Shown here in pieces: positions 1 through 13,600 of a DNA stretch of 64,000 nt. The stretch covers positions 20,522,001 through 20,586,000 of the forward strand of contig JBHGNT010000005.1 of the NCBI GenBank assembly GCA_043228905.1, read 5' to 3'. A program made the position numbers and the translations under genes. Origin of the DNA: Azolla caroliniana. Taxonomy: Eukaryota; Plantae; Polypodiophyta. The notes below the pieces were generated by a model. It saw only the letters and a list, made by a program, of their open reading frames with translations, made no database searches and had not been told where the DNA came from. Position 1 is the first letter of the stretch. Each line of letters begins with the position of its first letter.

Positions 1-1284
1 GATGAATCATGGTCAAAGGAAGACTTCCACCGAATTAGGAAGAAGGCCTACAAGTTCTTCCTCAAAGAAGGACATCTATGGAAGTTTCCAAAGAAGAAGA
101 ATGGAACTCCACTTCGAGTGGTGTGCAAGAAACAAGATCAACAAACACTAATTGCTTAATTTCATGATAGTGTGTGGGCAGGTCATTGAGGTATATGGGC
201 AACATTTGCAAAGCTCAAGGAGAAGTATTGGTGGCTGGGTGTTTACAAAGATGTAGCAAGCTATGTTGAAACATGTGAGCAATGCCAATTATACTCGAAT
301 ATTCAACATAGGGATGAACTTCATCCGACATATCCATTATCAATGCACTATAAGTGGTTGGTAGAGATAGTGGTTATGCCGATGGGATTGGGGGAAATGA
401 AGTATCTCGTGCTAGCAAGAGAGGATCTCACCAACCAAGTAGAAGGATGAGCGTTAAGGAATAAAACAACTTCGGCAGTTTGTAAGTTTCTCCTTGAAGA
501 TGTTATTTGTCGATACAGATGTGTTGGCAAAATAGTAGCTAATAGGAGAGAATTAGATGCAAATGAAGCTAAAGAATTCTTTTCAAGAATAGGCGTCAAA
601 CTATCGCTCACCATGGCATACAACCCGGACGCAAATGGGAAGGTGGAACGAGGACATAGTCTGATTGTAAAAGCTCTAGCAAAGGCTTGCGACGGCAAGA
701 TGGGGAACTGGCCACGATTACTACCTTATGCATTGTGGGATGATAGAACTACACATAGCACGACTACAAGATATATGTCAGCCGAACTCATATTAGGGCA
801 AAAACCAATCATGTCTATCGAGCAAAGTGTTGCTTCGTGGATATCTTTGCCATGGCAAGAGGAAATGAGTCGGGAAGACTTGCTAGCCACGAGGATTCAA
901 CAACTAGAACGAAGGCCCGAAGATGTCGGGTTGGCAATAGAACGGTTGCGCCAAGCCCGATTGAAGAACAAGGAGAATTTTGATAGAAAGCATCGTCTTC
1001 GACAAAGAAAAATTGAAGAAGGAGATTGGGTTCTTGTCTATGATAGTAGTCTCGATAATCAATATAACACTGCTCGAAAGTTCGCAAATCGATGGTTTGG
1101 CTCGTATATGGTCAAGAAAATAGAAATCAATGCAACCTATTTTTTAGCGGAGTTAGATGGAACTCGACTTGCTTTGCCAATTGCAAGAAAAAGAATCAAG
1201 ATCTTTAAGAGAAGAGAGGCCCCAAATCTTGAGATCGAAGCTCCTGATGATATAGCCTCGAACATCGAGGTTGAAAAAGAGTAA
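1..1284 (+). mobile_element. Ty3/Gypsy retrotransposon, decayed integrase (3' end of pol)
   Basis: Integrase zinc-binding region (H..WAGH..C.QCQ), core AYNPDANGKVERGH and C-terminal GDWVLVYD...RWFGSY. In-frame stops upstream of 613. PPT-like ggtgggggtgaa at ~1337-1348. Confidence 0.9.
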
Positions 1285-1348
1285 TTAAAAGAGGAACCTC
1301 ACCACAATTGGCACATATCGATGGATGTGCAAGTTTGGTGGGGGTGAA

Positions 1349-2587
1349 TGTCGTGTGGTTTTTCACACACGATATGAAAAATAGTAAAACAATTATTTAA
1401 GATTAACTTAATGTATTCATATAGAAAGATAGATGTCTTCAAGAGCTTCATAGCGTATTTTACTACGCATGAAACGGATAAACAAGTATCAAGTTACGTG
1501 AGTGTGAAGTTTGAAGAAAAAAAAAAAAGACAAAATTGTGAGATATCCCACATAGATAGGACAACATTGGAACCCAGGATATATAAAGGAAACCAAAACA
1601 TATTCATTATATCAATGTGTGGGGCATAGAATGTTCAAGGTGACTTGGGCTACATTGTGTGGTGTGCATGTTTTGGATGTATGCGTGTGTCCACAATCGT
1701 GTGGACGCTTTGGGTGTACGTGTGTGCATGGATGCGTGGACATTTTTGGATGTATGCGTGTGTGCATGTTTTTGGACGTACACGTGTGTGCAAGTTTCGG
1801 GTGTACGCGTGCACGGCCTTGTGGGACGTGTGTTGCGGACGAGCGTGCGGATGCATACACGGTGCGGTCGGGATGCGCATGTGCAGATGTGCATACACGG
1901 CATGTTGGGACATGCGTGTGTGGATGCATACATGGTGTGGTCGGAATGTGCGTGTGCATGCATGCGTACACTGCGCGGTCGGGACTTTTGCGCACGGACG
2001 CATCTACGGTTTGGTTGTGACGCACGTACGGATTGCGCACGGGCTAAACTTTATGGATGATTAGGTCATTTGGCCGAATTATACGGACGGTTGCATGCAA
2101 CTAAAAGCCAAGGTCATGCAACTAAAAGTGGACATGCAAAGTAACATTGGGAAGGAGGATCAACAAAGAGCTTAATATATGTTCCATTTTTTCCCTCTAC
2201 TTTTCTTTTTTCTTTTTTCTTCTTCTCTCTCTCATTCCTTGGGGGAAGAAATCTCTCTCATATTGATATCGGACCACTCCTTACATGGTTGTTGGCTTCT
2301 TCCTTTCAAGAATAATCTCTCATATTCATATTGGACCACTCCTTATATGGTTGTTGGCTCCTTTCTTTAAAAATGTTATCTCTCATTTTCATCTCCAACC
2401 CGTTGTAACAAGATTCTTGAATTATAAAAGAATCTATTTTCTTATACAATAAACGAACGTTTTCTCTCATCTACTCGTCTTATATGTGAATTTTGCTTGT
2501 GTTGTACATGTTGCACTAAATCCTTCTAGTCCAGAACCCCGGCGGTTCCACCTCACGATCTACACATAATGACGGATTCTCACGACA
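1349..2587 (+). mobile_element. 3' LTR of the Gypsy element above
   Basis: Begins TGTCGTG directly after the PPT and ends CACGACA (perfect 7-bp terminal inverted repeat). Confidence 0.85.
1655..2045. repeat. TG/CA-rich low-complexity degenerate tandem repeat inside the LTR
   Basis: Alternating purine-pyrimidine units such as gtgtgcatg/gcatacacgg; produces spurious ORFs on both strands. Confidence 0.8.
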
Positions 2588-5500
2588 ACGTCTCGTCGGT
2601 GAACCAGTGCCCTACCCAGCCGGGTACCGCAAGCTTGGGTCGGCAGTGACCCTCTCCATTCATTCCCAGCTGCCCTCTGGCAAGGGAGCCGCGACTGGCT
2701 TCACCTTCCGGTCCACAGTCTTGTACTTGGTGTCCACGCAGGCGGTCTGGTGCACCCCGATTTCCCCTTTGAAGTCCGCAATGACTTCATACATCTCGAG
2801 TGAGTTAACCAGTATGACCCGGTCTTCACTTAGGCCTTCTTCGATTGCCCTCTCAATTTCTCCAAGGGTGTCATCAAATGAGACCGCCTCCACGGCATCG
2901 CCGATCCCCTCGTTGTGGCCCAAGGCTCTGCACGCCTTCAAGCGCACCTCGACTTGTTTCCTTTCTCGATCGCTAATGCGAGTTATGGTACAACCTCCGT
3001 TATTGGAGAGCAAAACTTTCCTACCTACTGTACAGGTGTGGGGTTCGTTCCAATCGTTCGAACTACCGTGGCCCCACGCCTTGATAGTCCTGTCTCGACC
3101 GCTATTGCCGAGGGCGTTCCGATTACGCTCATGTTTCTACCACATTGTCAAAAACTTAATAGAATGATGGTCGTCCTGACTCTTTACCCTTGCGTAGGCC
3201 GAACCATTGTCTAGTACTTTGGTCTCCATTCGAGTCGCCGTGATGTATGGCTCGCCGAGGATGATGGGATCGGAAGATGTTTCTTGCACAAAAAAGTGTT
3301 GGTCTATCTCGACATCCCCGACACTTACTCTGACATTCAAACATGCCCCGTGCAACTCTTCTGTGGCCTTCGTAGCCGCGTGTATCTTCCAACCATGCTT
3401 GGTGTTGATCGGCCATAATTTTCCCCTTCTTGTAGAAGTCCATGGACATTAGGTTAATTTCCAACCCGTGGTCGATCAACGCTACCACTGGTTCCTTCAC
3501 ATCCCCGATACGAACCGAGGTTTCCGTTGTTGCTCTTGCCCAGTGCGGCCTTGTATAGTGGTTTTCCGCAAGCTCGTCCTCCGTGGCCACTTCGTCCAGC
3601 AGTGCTGCCCTTACCTCAATCGGCTTCTCTAGTTCCGGCTCTGTTGCGAGACGCTTCCTTTTTACAAGATCCACGATGTTGTCGTGGAACTCTCTCCTTG
3701 CTATGCCTAACACTTCTCTCAGTGTGAGTTCTACACGGCTATCGAGGACTCACTCCTCCAAGACCTTTCGCAGGTCCATTGTTTTCTCGATTTCCGAGCT
3801 TAACCAAAAGCTTGGGACCTTGGCCTTCTCCTTAACGGGTCCACTCTAGGTGTCATACCTCCCCGAAGGACCTGCTCCTCCATTTTTTTCAGCCCACTTA
3901 TCATCGACCAGAACCTCGTAGTTCTGGCAAGCGGCTTCGATGAAGCCGATACTTTCCTCAACCGGGTCGCCCCATCCAGTGACATCGCGTACTCGTTTTC
4001 CCACGCGGTTAGCTTCGTCCTTCTTCAGCCTCCTTTCGAAGAAGGTTTCCAGTACCATCGGCCAAAACCCGGGGCTTGTATCGACGTTAACCACCTTTTC
4101 ACCTACGCGAATGCCAGCCGAGGACAAGTAGTGGATAGCCTTGACATGCCGCGTCGCGGATTCCTCCATCAACCTCTTCATGCCGCCTCGTCCGGGCTTT
4201 ACTTCGAGCATTCTCCGTGTGTCACTCGCGTGCACTCTGCCATTCCAAAGGTACACAACGTTGCTCCTGATTGCTTCGCCGAAGTCGGCACAATCTCTCC
4301 GGGCATGGCCGATGGCATCATACCATATGCACCTTTGGTTGGGCCGACGGCCGCCGGTCACAGGGTTGGCCTTTGTCCCCCATTCGGGCCTAAGCGATTT
4401 GGAGATCGCGCACCATTTTTGTTAGCTCTTCTAGAGTCGCACCCCCAAACGGTCCGACGACTACGTTCGTCGGGGCTAGGCCTAACTCGAGCCACCTTCT
4501 CATTTCTTCTGTTCGGGTTGGCGCCAGCTCGGCCCTCGTTTCGACAGTCGGTCCAACTATCAAGGATCCCCTTCCTTTCCAATCTCTGTGCTTGTCAATC
4601 CGGCTACACACCCCTTTGACCATGGCCCAATCGACCGTGAGTCCGTTGTTCGTCTCTAAAAGGAGACCCACATTATCACGGTCAAGCAAGTCGAACAACT
4701 TAACAAAGAGCAGGACCTTGCTCGTGTCAAGCACGGTCAGATCCAATGTGGAGAGTTGTGCGAACCGCGACTCAAACTCTTGAAGGAGCGTCGATGCATT
4801 CCGACCTTTGCCAGGGCTATCAACCCAATCCATGAAAACCTTCTTCGTCAATTGGAGCGAGTCATCGAAGCTGTACCGTTCGAGAATCCGCTCCATGAAG
4901 TCCGCCCAATCTCGGCAACCAGCTTGTACTTCAAGCACTTCCGTGTGGATGCTCGGCGTCACGACCCAAGGAAACCCGGTCAAGCATCTATCCTCCGGAA
5001 TGTTCCTCATCTGCATCTCGGACTTGTAGGCCTCCAAGTAACTCGTGGCATCTTTCCCACCGAACCAGCCTATCTTGTCGACCGTCGCCTATATGGCCCT
5101 GTCAATGGCGCTCATGCCATCACGAGCGCTAACCAAGCCGTCTACAGCCACCGCCATTGCTTCGGCGAGTTCGCTCCCTCTCATCTTGAGATTTCTTTGC
5201 CGCCCTTCATGTCGGCTTCACCAATGATGTCGCGATATTCCGCGCAGATGCATGGAAACGAGGCAGGACCACAGGGGTCTTGAACCAAGGAATCAAGAAA
5301 AGAGGAAGGGTCTGGCTCATCGCGTACACACAAACACCGCAAACCGACAAAGAGGAGTAGGAAGGAGGTGTTCGTAGGTGTAGGACTCAATGTAGTATGA
5401 GAGAGTGGCAACACAAGAATGACACAGTAAAAAGACAATGCAAACAACGGAATATGTTATCACTGGTAGTTAGGACACGCGCGTAAAGCGCAGGGGATAC

Positions 5501-5975
5501 AACCGGTCAGAGCCAGGAATAGAACTTCGAGCTCCAGAACAAACATAAGAAAAAGAGGACCTCTGGCCGAGAGCGCGTGGGCGTCTGACGCGAGCCGAGG
5601 GTTACTTCTAAAGATTGGTTGTAGAGGTCCCAAAGAGAATGGATGAGCGAGCTCCTACCCCATGTTCGGCAACGTCCTCTACTTCTTAAGAAAGAAGAAA
5701 AAAAAAACCCAAACAGTCTAAGGCCACCCCTTTTATAGCACAAGGAGCAGCCATTACACCCAATTTAATGACCCCCCGATATTCTCTCCCTTCTTTTCGT
5801 GCCCCTATCCACGCGACATTAAATCCCCTAAAAGTGCCTTACTTCCTAGTAATCCAAAAACCCTACCGACACCTAGTACTTACACAAGTTAGTACAAAAG
5901 GGGGTGCACTTGTGCACACCCGCATTCCCATGCTTTTGGCGACGTTTCCCCCGATGGCCTGGAACCTTCACGACA
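2588..5975 (-). mobile_element. Ty3/Gypsy (non-chromovirus) 5' part: LTR, tRNA-Trp PBS, decayed gag and protease; interrupted at 2587 by a related element
   Basis: LTR 5228-5975 (TGTCGTG...CGCGACA on minus). gag MEAYKSEMQMRNIPEDR is homologous to 63272+. Knuckle remnant CIWYDAIGHARRDC; protease LIDHGLEIN...PIILGEPY; frameshifts. Confidence 0.85.
5207..5223 (-). promoter_or_regulatory. Primer-binding site, tRNA-Trp-like
   Basis: TGGTGAAGCCGACATGA, 4 nt after the LTR end; resembles the complement of the eukaryotic tRNA-Trp 3' end (TCACGTCGGGTTCACCA). Confidence 0.7.
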
Positions 5976-6232
5976 ACGTCCAAATAGTTAGGGATCAGTA
6001 TAAAACCTCAAACCTAACATTGTAAAATAGGCTTCTTGACTACTTCTTGTATCTTGAGTCTCAGAGAGAGAGAGAGAGAGAGAGAACAGATATAACAAAA
6101 GCTTCCATTAAAGCTTAAAGTTGTGTCTACGATTCCATCCATTCTCCTGCTATATTTTTTGTGTTGTTTGTTGTGCACTTCAATCTACAGGTCCTCATAC
6201 TTCTGCATACATATTGAACACCATATCCATCA
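5976..6232 (+). mobile_element. 3' part of a Copia LTR split by the Gypsy insertion
   Basis: gtccaaatagttagg...ttgtttgttgtgcac...atatccatca aligns with the Copia LTR at 37336-37619. Confidence 0.7.
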
Positions 6233-6497
6233 GCCAATTCGGTCAAGAGTGGTAACAGTTCGGAGATAGGCGATTCGATAGAGAGAAGTGATCCAGATAA
6301 GACGGATCATGTGAAGATCGGGCAGACAAGGAGGTAGCAGAAGCCGACGTCGATATGGAGGAGTCGATGGGTCGAAGGACGCCAATGTTGCAACAACAAG
6401 GGGGCTAACAAAAAGCCTGAAGAGCAAACATGTCGACCGTAGCGGTCAAGGTGCGCAGAACTAGATGGGTCGAGGAGCATTGAACCAAAGGGGTTGT

Positions 6498-6765
6498 TGT
6501 TACCCGTAAGAATATACAGGGAGGCATAAGGGTATGTGTAATGATGTGGTTTATGTGTATATGTAAAGTAAATGAGTGTGTGAGGATGACTATGTGTATG
6601 GACACAAGCACAACTATGTGCATGTGTACAAGAATGCGTAACGGTCTTATTTATAACGGTCATGTAACCGTTACATTGGATGTATTATGTAAACAGTATG
6701 TAATGAATAATTTTTTCCCTCTCATTTTGGTGTTGTTTCTTTGTTTCACTCTCCTTCTCTCTCTC
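6498..6765 (+). repeat. LTR-like dispersed repeat, copy 1
   Basis: Starts TGTTACCCGTAAGAAT; near-identical to 8258-8725. Confidence 0.8.
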
Positions 6766-6789
6766 CCACACTTAACCCCTTTGGGAGGG

Positions 6790-7325
6790 GGGTGAAGCCA
6801 TCACCGGCTAGAACAGGGCCATCATCGGCTGGAACAACACTAGAAGATATTGCAGGACCTAATAATGCTTCTTCAGCCAAATCTTCAAGAGACGACATGA
6901 TCGATGCCCATTTTAGTGATAGCTCATAGGTATGTGAATAGAGGAAAAACATTAGTATGCAAAGTGATTGAGTCTTTTAGGTGTTGTCCACATTTGGAGA
7001 TACTCACCTTGGTGGAGATGATTTTGATAAGCGTATTGTGGAATGGTGGGCATCAAATTTCAAAGAAAGATGAAGGCATGGAACTCCTCAAAGACAAGCA
7101 AGCAGAAGCTGTAGAGAAAGCAAAAATGGAGCTATCAACTTTGACTCAAACTAGAAGTGCCATCTGAAATGAAGGAGAAAGTAGAAGCCAAAATCCAAGA
7201 GTTAGAAGGATGTGGTGGCTGGAGCCTCAACACAGGCTATCAAGTATGCAATGGAAGCTCTCAACCAAGAGGTGATGCAAATTGGACAAGCTCTATATAG
7301 TCAGCCAGGAGTAGGGCCATCCAAC
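6790..7325 (+). pseudogene. Rearranged fragments of plastid stromal Hsp70 (cpHsc70/DnaK-type)
   Basis: Tail ...DDMIDAHFSDSS* (to 6929). ATPase piece [22 protein letters not shown]...[30 protein letters not shown] (~6975-7152). Lid VPSEMKEKVEAKIQEL...AMEALNQEVMQIGQALYSQPG (~7157-7320). Frameshifts and deletions present. Confidence 0.85.
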
Positions 7326-8249
7326 CATGGGTAGCAGTAGCAATGGATGAAAGACATTGCTCATGGGTTGATTCTTCATGGTCGAGGGAGGTGGAAAGGT
7401 CATCCTAATCCCTGCATCGCAGACGACTGATTGGGGTACGAATTCTAATCCATGGGCGGCTGCAGAATGGGGAGAATCAAAAGCAGAATCAGTAGGAGGA
7501 CCAAGAATGAGAAGATTACGGCGAACAGTCAACAGATGGCCAACTGACAGGCACAACCGACGGCCGACGAACAGAAACGACTTAGACAGACATAGACATA
7601 GACATAGGCACAGGCACAGACGAGACAGAGATAGAGAAGAAGGCAGAAAGGAAGAAGAGAAAGAAGTAGAAGACGACAAAGCAAAGAAAAGAGAAGAATA
7701 AGAAGAAAGCGACAACGAGGAAGTAAGAAAAGCAGTTAGAAGAAAAAGGAAAGAGGAGAAGGGCATTCTGAGTAATTTCAATAATTAGAGGGCATCAAAA
7801 CCGAATTTCAAAAGTTCGAGGGCAGATGACAGAATTTCAAAAGCTCAAGGGCATGAGACCAAATTTCAAAAACTAGAGGGGAGAAGAGAAATTTTCGAAA
7901 ATTCAAGGGCATAAAAATAAAAATAAAAACTTGAGGGCAAAATTTTAATGACCGAAAGGGTAAAAAATATAAAACTCACTTCACATGATGAAAGAAAGAA
8001 TACACAAATGTACAACACGATTTCACGACCCATGCCATAGTGAACTAGCCGATTGGTGTATGATCCAATAGTGACTTGTGTTGACCGAATGAGAAGGTTC
8101 GAGTTAAGCAAAGCACAGATTGAAGTTATCGATCGTAGAGCAGTGATCCGGTCGAGGGATTTCCGACCGTTGAGACGACCGATGGAGTTTCGATCGAGAA
8201 GAGTTGCCATGGAGAGTGGGTTCACAGTGCAATGCACTATCCCACGGGC

Positions 8250-8725
8250 ATGCCATGTGTTACCCGTAAGAATATACGGGGAGGCATAAGGGTATGTGTA
8301 ATGATGTGGTTTACGTGTATGTGTAAAGTAAATGAGTGTGTGAGGATGACTATGTGTATGGACACATGCACAACTATGTGCATGTGAACAAGAATGCGTA
8401 ACAGTCTTATTTATAACACGGTCATGTAACCGTTACATTGGATGCCATGTGTTACCCGTAAGAATATACGGGGAGGCATAAGGGTATGTGTAATGATGTG
8501 GTTTACGTGTATGTGTAAAGTAAATGAGTGTGTGAGGATGACTATGTGTATGGACACATGCACAACTATGTGCATGTGAACAAGAATGCGTAACAGTCTT
8601 ATTTATAACACGGTCATGTAACCGTTACATTGGATGTATTATATAAACCCCCTATGGGGTATGTAATGAATAACTTTTTCCCTCTCATTTTGGTGTTGTT
8701 TCTTTGTTTTACTCTCCTTCTCTCT
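8250..8725 (+). repeat. LTR-like repeat copy 2 with an internal 192-bp tandem duplication
   Basis: TGTTACCCGTAAG at 8258 and 8450, essentially identical units. Confidence 0.85.
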
Positions 8726-8734
8726 CTACTTCCG

Positions 8735-9300
8735 GGGGTGTATTAGTTTCCGTCGGTACTGCTTGTTCGTTCCGGTTATGCCGGAATCGCCTGCTATTCC
8801 GGGGTTGTTGACAGTATTCTTGTCGTGGCTCTTGGCGACGGTCGTCCTCCGAACATTCGTCATAACGGTGTGGGTCCTTATGCAGTCTATTGGGTCCGTC
8901 CCCGTTGAATCCTCGCGATTGTTTGTAGGTCGTCAATTGTCGCAACGACACCCCCCGCGATTGTATCAGTTGGTACTCCGGTAGTCTTCCTCTTCGTGAT
9001 CTTCTTCATCAGAGTATGGGTCGGTGTTGCGGTTTTTACGATACTGGCGCTCTATGCGCTGATTCCGGTCTGTATACCGGGGACGTTCCTCCTGTCGTCC
9101 TGAATCATTCCTTCGATATTGTTGTTGTGGCTCCATACGTCGTACTACGGGTGTGGGCCTATTGAGCATATTATACTCGCATTGGTCCACCGTGTGTGCC
9201 CGTGAATGGCAAATTGGACAATGTAGTCACATGTTACACTCGACCGCGGAATGTCCGGAGTTTAAACAGACCATACACTGAATGGCCTGACGAAATCGAT
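8735..9300 (-). mobile_element. Retrotransposon gag remnant with two CCHC zinc knuckles
   Basis: Minus strand reads CMVCLNSGHSAVEC and CPICHSRAHTVDQC, followed by an R/Q/D-rich region; in-frame stop present. Confidence 0.6.
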
Positions 9301-9781
9301 GTTCCGCATCTGTTTCTCCGTTGAAGCGGGGGTATGACAAAGCCATTCCAGACGTTGTGGGGACGATCGGCAGGGGAAGACTCTTGCTTTCGCGATGTGG
9401 ACTGTGGTGGTGTTTAATTGCACTACCTTGGTTGTGTGGCGACAGGGCTTCGTGGCCAACGTCGTGATGTTCTGTGAGCGTGGAGTCTACCGTGTACTCC
9501 TGAAAGGAGCAGTCATGGTCGTTGAGGCGAGGTTTTCACTTAGCGCGCTCTTCTATCTAGCAAGTGATAAACCTCATCAATGGTCGGACTTGTCGGGTCG
9601 GTTCTCTGGCTCGTCTACGGCTAGTCATCCATACCTTGCTGCTCGCCCAACAACAGTTGTGGGACGTGGGACCGAACCGGACGAGGAGCATGAGCAAGGT
9701 GAGAAGATGCCAAGAGAAACCAGAGGCAGGAACCATTTGAAGCTGACACAAGGAACCGACCTCAAGTTGAGCTTGAGGGGT

Positions 9782-10221
9782 TGTTGAGTGAACAAGCTCA
9801 ACATGGGTTGAACCGGCTAGACAAGTTGGCAAGTCGGGTCGAATATGATCCGGCCATCTAGGCCCACTTACATTTATAAGACTAAGTTCTGAACTAGGTT
9901 CCAGACTAGATGGAGAAGTCGGATAACAGATTGGATATTGGATTCACACCGGATTACAGAACGGATGAGTAAGATGATCTGGAACGTTCTGTGGCTATTG
10001 AGCATTCAAGTACTTATCAACCCTCTGTCAGGGCTTGTATAAAAAGTGCTCGCTGAGCACATCCTATGTACAGAGTTTTGCCTTTTGTAATAGAAATTAT
10101 TGTCTGCTCTATCTCTTTCTCTCCTTCTCTTATCTCTACATAAACATAATTGTTGCTCCTGTGAACGATTGGCTCGTACTCTATTTTCTTCACACAACAC
10201 TTCTACACATATCCTTTTACA
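9782..10221 (+). mobile_element. 3' LTR (Copia-like) with PPT
   Basis: PPT gcttgaggggt, then TGTTGAG...TTTTACA; TATA-like tataaaaag at ~10037. Confidence 0.6.
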
Positions 10222-10400
10222 AGCCGGCTATCTTCCTTCTCGTGTTGTTGCAGGACTCCGAATCGCTCTGATACCACTTTGTAGGCACTCAAGATGTCTT
10301 GGTCAGCTGATGTGTATGAAGTGGGTCGATTAATAAGGAAGCATGTATCAATCTTGTAGCTATGGAGTTATCAAGCAAGAAATGGATGGAGATTTCAAGT

Positions 10401-10646
10401 TGGTAAGAGTCTATTACTAATCAATAGACCAAAATAAAGTAAAAAGAAGGAAATAGATTGGATAGAAGAACTCGTTCCACCCGACCACCCCCGAGCTATG
10501 ATCTAGACATAGCCAACCTACCACCGACATCCTATAACGTTGTATATTAGGATGACTAATACCTTGGTAGAGATAAACACGATCATCGAGATGAAAGCCT
10601 AGCCCGCACCACCGGTGTCTAAGACAACAGCCTTCCGACGTAATGT
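10401..10646 (-). repeat. Left arm of terminal inverted repeat (R-U5 of LTR 10401-~10870)
   Basis: Reverse complement of 15962-16208, about 90% identical by eye. Confidence 0.9.
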
Positions 10647-13600
10647 GCTTATGAGGGTAGCTAAGCCCCATATTTATACCTTTTCCTAGGCCCCTTGAAT
10701 AGATTTTCCTTTCTAAAAGGCTCTCCATTCATTGGTTGTCCAAATCATGATAGTGCATGCACCTATCATTCCTTCTATCCAATCACATTAGTCCCCTTTT
10801 TAACATTAGTGAACATACCCTTCACTTATGTAAATATTAGTGACCTACTCTCACCTACGTTATGTGTACATAATATACTCCCCTACTTCAAAAGATTACA
10901 CTCGTGCAATATAAAGGGAGGAAATTGTGCCTTAAGAGTATGCTCGTGTTCCCATGTGGCATCATCAATAGGTTTATCCATCCATTTGATATTGAATAGC
11001 CGAATCTCTTTAGAACGTAAACATTTAGTACAAGAATCAAGAATTCATTTAGGAACACAAGGTTTGTAGGTAAAATCCTCTAATGTTACAAGATCTTGGA
11101 TTGTGATAGTGTTATCACCAAAGCCTAAAAATTGTTTTAAACGACTGACGTAAAAAACGGGATGAATACCAACATTACGGGGTGAGGAATGGTGATAAGC
11201 ATATGACCCAAGTCGCTTAAGGATTTCAAATGGGCCACAATATCGTGGGGCTAACTTAGCGCACTTGCCCATAGACAATGATGTAGAGTCAGTAGGGACA
11301 CGCAAAAAAAACTTTTTGACCAATAGTAAATGCACCAGGACGTTTATCCTGATCAGCATAAAATCGAGCATGATCTTGAGTTGTCTTGACAATTTCTTTG
11401 GAAATATGTAACATTTGGTTCATGTGTTGCAAAAATTTGTGTGTATTGTCTAATGTATCACGATGAATCGTGGCATGGATTGGGGCATGTGGCTGAAAAC
11501 CTTACATCAACATAAAATGACTATATCCAGTGGATGTATGTTTAGAGCTACTATATACGAATTCTAAGATAGGAAGGTATTGCTCCCACTTAGAATGGGT
11601 TTTTGCTATGTAAGCTCGAAGCATGTTCAGTTTGTCCATTAGATTGAGGATGATCTTCGGAACTCATGCTCAACGTAGTTTCTAGTTTCTTAAAGACCTG
11701 AGTCCAAAAGTCACTAGTAAATTTGGAATCTCGATCACTAACAATATCCATCGGTAATCCATAAAAAAGAAATAACTCATCAACAAATTGATAAGCCAAT
11801 TGTTGAGCGATTACTGTGGTTTTGGTAGGAATAGGGTGACCACATTGATAAAGGACGGCACCAATAGCATAATCACTAGCATCGGTTTCGATTGGGAAAG
11901 GATTGGAAGGGTTCGGTAATAGAAGAGTTGGAGCCTAACACACATGCTCTTTGAGTGTCTCGAATGATTTGTCAAGTTGTTCATTCCATGAAATTGGTTT
12001 GACAGACATACATGGATGACCTTTTAAAAGGCCAATTAATGGCGTAGTCAATTTAGAATAATTACGAATTGATTTTCATAAAAATCCAACAAATCCTAAG
12101 AATGATCGAAGTTCACAAATATTACGAGGAATGAGCCAAAGTTTAACCTTTTCAATACGAGAAGGTTCAATTTCAACGCCATTTTCCATAATTAAATGAC
12201 CTAGGTACACAATATATTTTTGGGAAAAATCACATTTTGAATGTTTTGCATAGAAAGAGTTGTCACATAACTTTTGCAAAACAAATTGAACATGTTGAAC
12301 ATGATCTTGCAAGGTACAGCTATATATGAGAATATCATCCAAGAAGACGACAACAAAATCACCGAGTTGATCTCGGAAAACGTCAGCCATCGCTTGTTGG
12401 AACGTGGCTAGAGCATTGGTCAACCCGAAAGGCATGAATAAAAACTCATAATGGCCATAGCGTGTACGAAAAGCAATTTTAGGAATATCATCCTCGGTCA
12501 TACGAATCTGATGATAACATGTTCGTAAGTCTATTTTCGTAAAATATCGGGCCCCATGCAAACGATCAATCAAATCATCGGCACGAGGTAACGGATATGC
12601 ATTTTTAATTGTCATTTTATTCAAACGATGATAATTGATACACATTCGCCATGAACCTTCCTTCTCTTAACTAATAGAACCGGCGCACCCCAAGGTGATT
12701 TACTATACCTAATGTGGCCCATACTCAAGTATTTCTTAAGTTGTTTGGCGATCTCATCCTCTTCTAATCGACTAAGTCGATAAGGTGGAATGCTCATATG
12801 AGCAACACTAGGAATGAGTTCAATTTGGTGGTCCACATTACGTTTTGGTGGTAAAGTGGCAATTCGTTAGGAAACATGTCTTGAAAATCGTCAAATAGAG
12901 TCAAGTAATTATCATTCATAATTTGGTAATTGTATGGCATCACGATTAAAATAATAAAATTGAAGCGCGGGATCAATTACACACAAATAAATTGATGAAC
13001 TAGAATACTCACTTAAAGATTTAGAAGGCACAAGTGAACCAGAAGGAAGTTTGGAATATTGAATAAAATGTTTACAATTATTAAGTTCAAATGTGATTGA
13101 GTGATTAACCCAATCAATGGACAAAGAAGGATTTTTATTAAAAAACCAAGGGTATCCTAAAATAACATCTGGGGATTGTAGTTTCATAACATGAAAGTCA
13201 AGCTTCTCCAGATAGCTATCTATTTGAATTGGCAGTTGACAAACAATGCCATTGATGTATTGAACGCCTCCATTTGCCATGTGAACTTGATAGATATGAT
13301 CACTTGCGTTTATGTGGAGTTGCATTTGCTGCACCAAGTGATCATTAAGAAAATTGTGAGAACTATCGGAATCAAACAAGAATTGTGCTTGTGTTCCATT
13401 GATATACCCGACTGCTCGGAGTAAATCATTAGATCCAAGTAAATGTGACGGAAAAGTGCATTTACATGAACTTAAGTGGTTGGTATGAAGTTCAATAACA
13501 TCAAAAGAATCACTTGTGTGACTCGTAGATTTGTCTTGAGAAGGGGTGTTCATTGACTTCCTCTCAAGACGACGACAGGTGTGGCCCCGCTTCTTGCAAT

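Noticed and set aside
1607-2064. Six overlapping His/Cys/Thr/Val-rich ORFs
   Set aside because: Artefacts of TG/CA low-complexity DNA inside an LTR.
7293-7960. Arg/Glu/His-rich ORF and gagggca...aatttc short repeats
   Set aside because: Low-complexity sequence; no termini or TSD could be defined.
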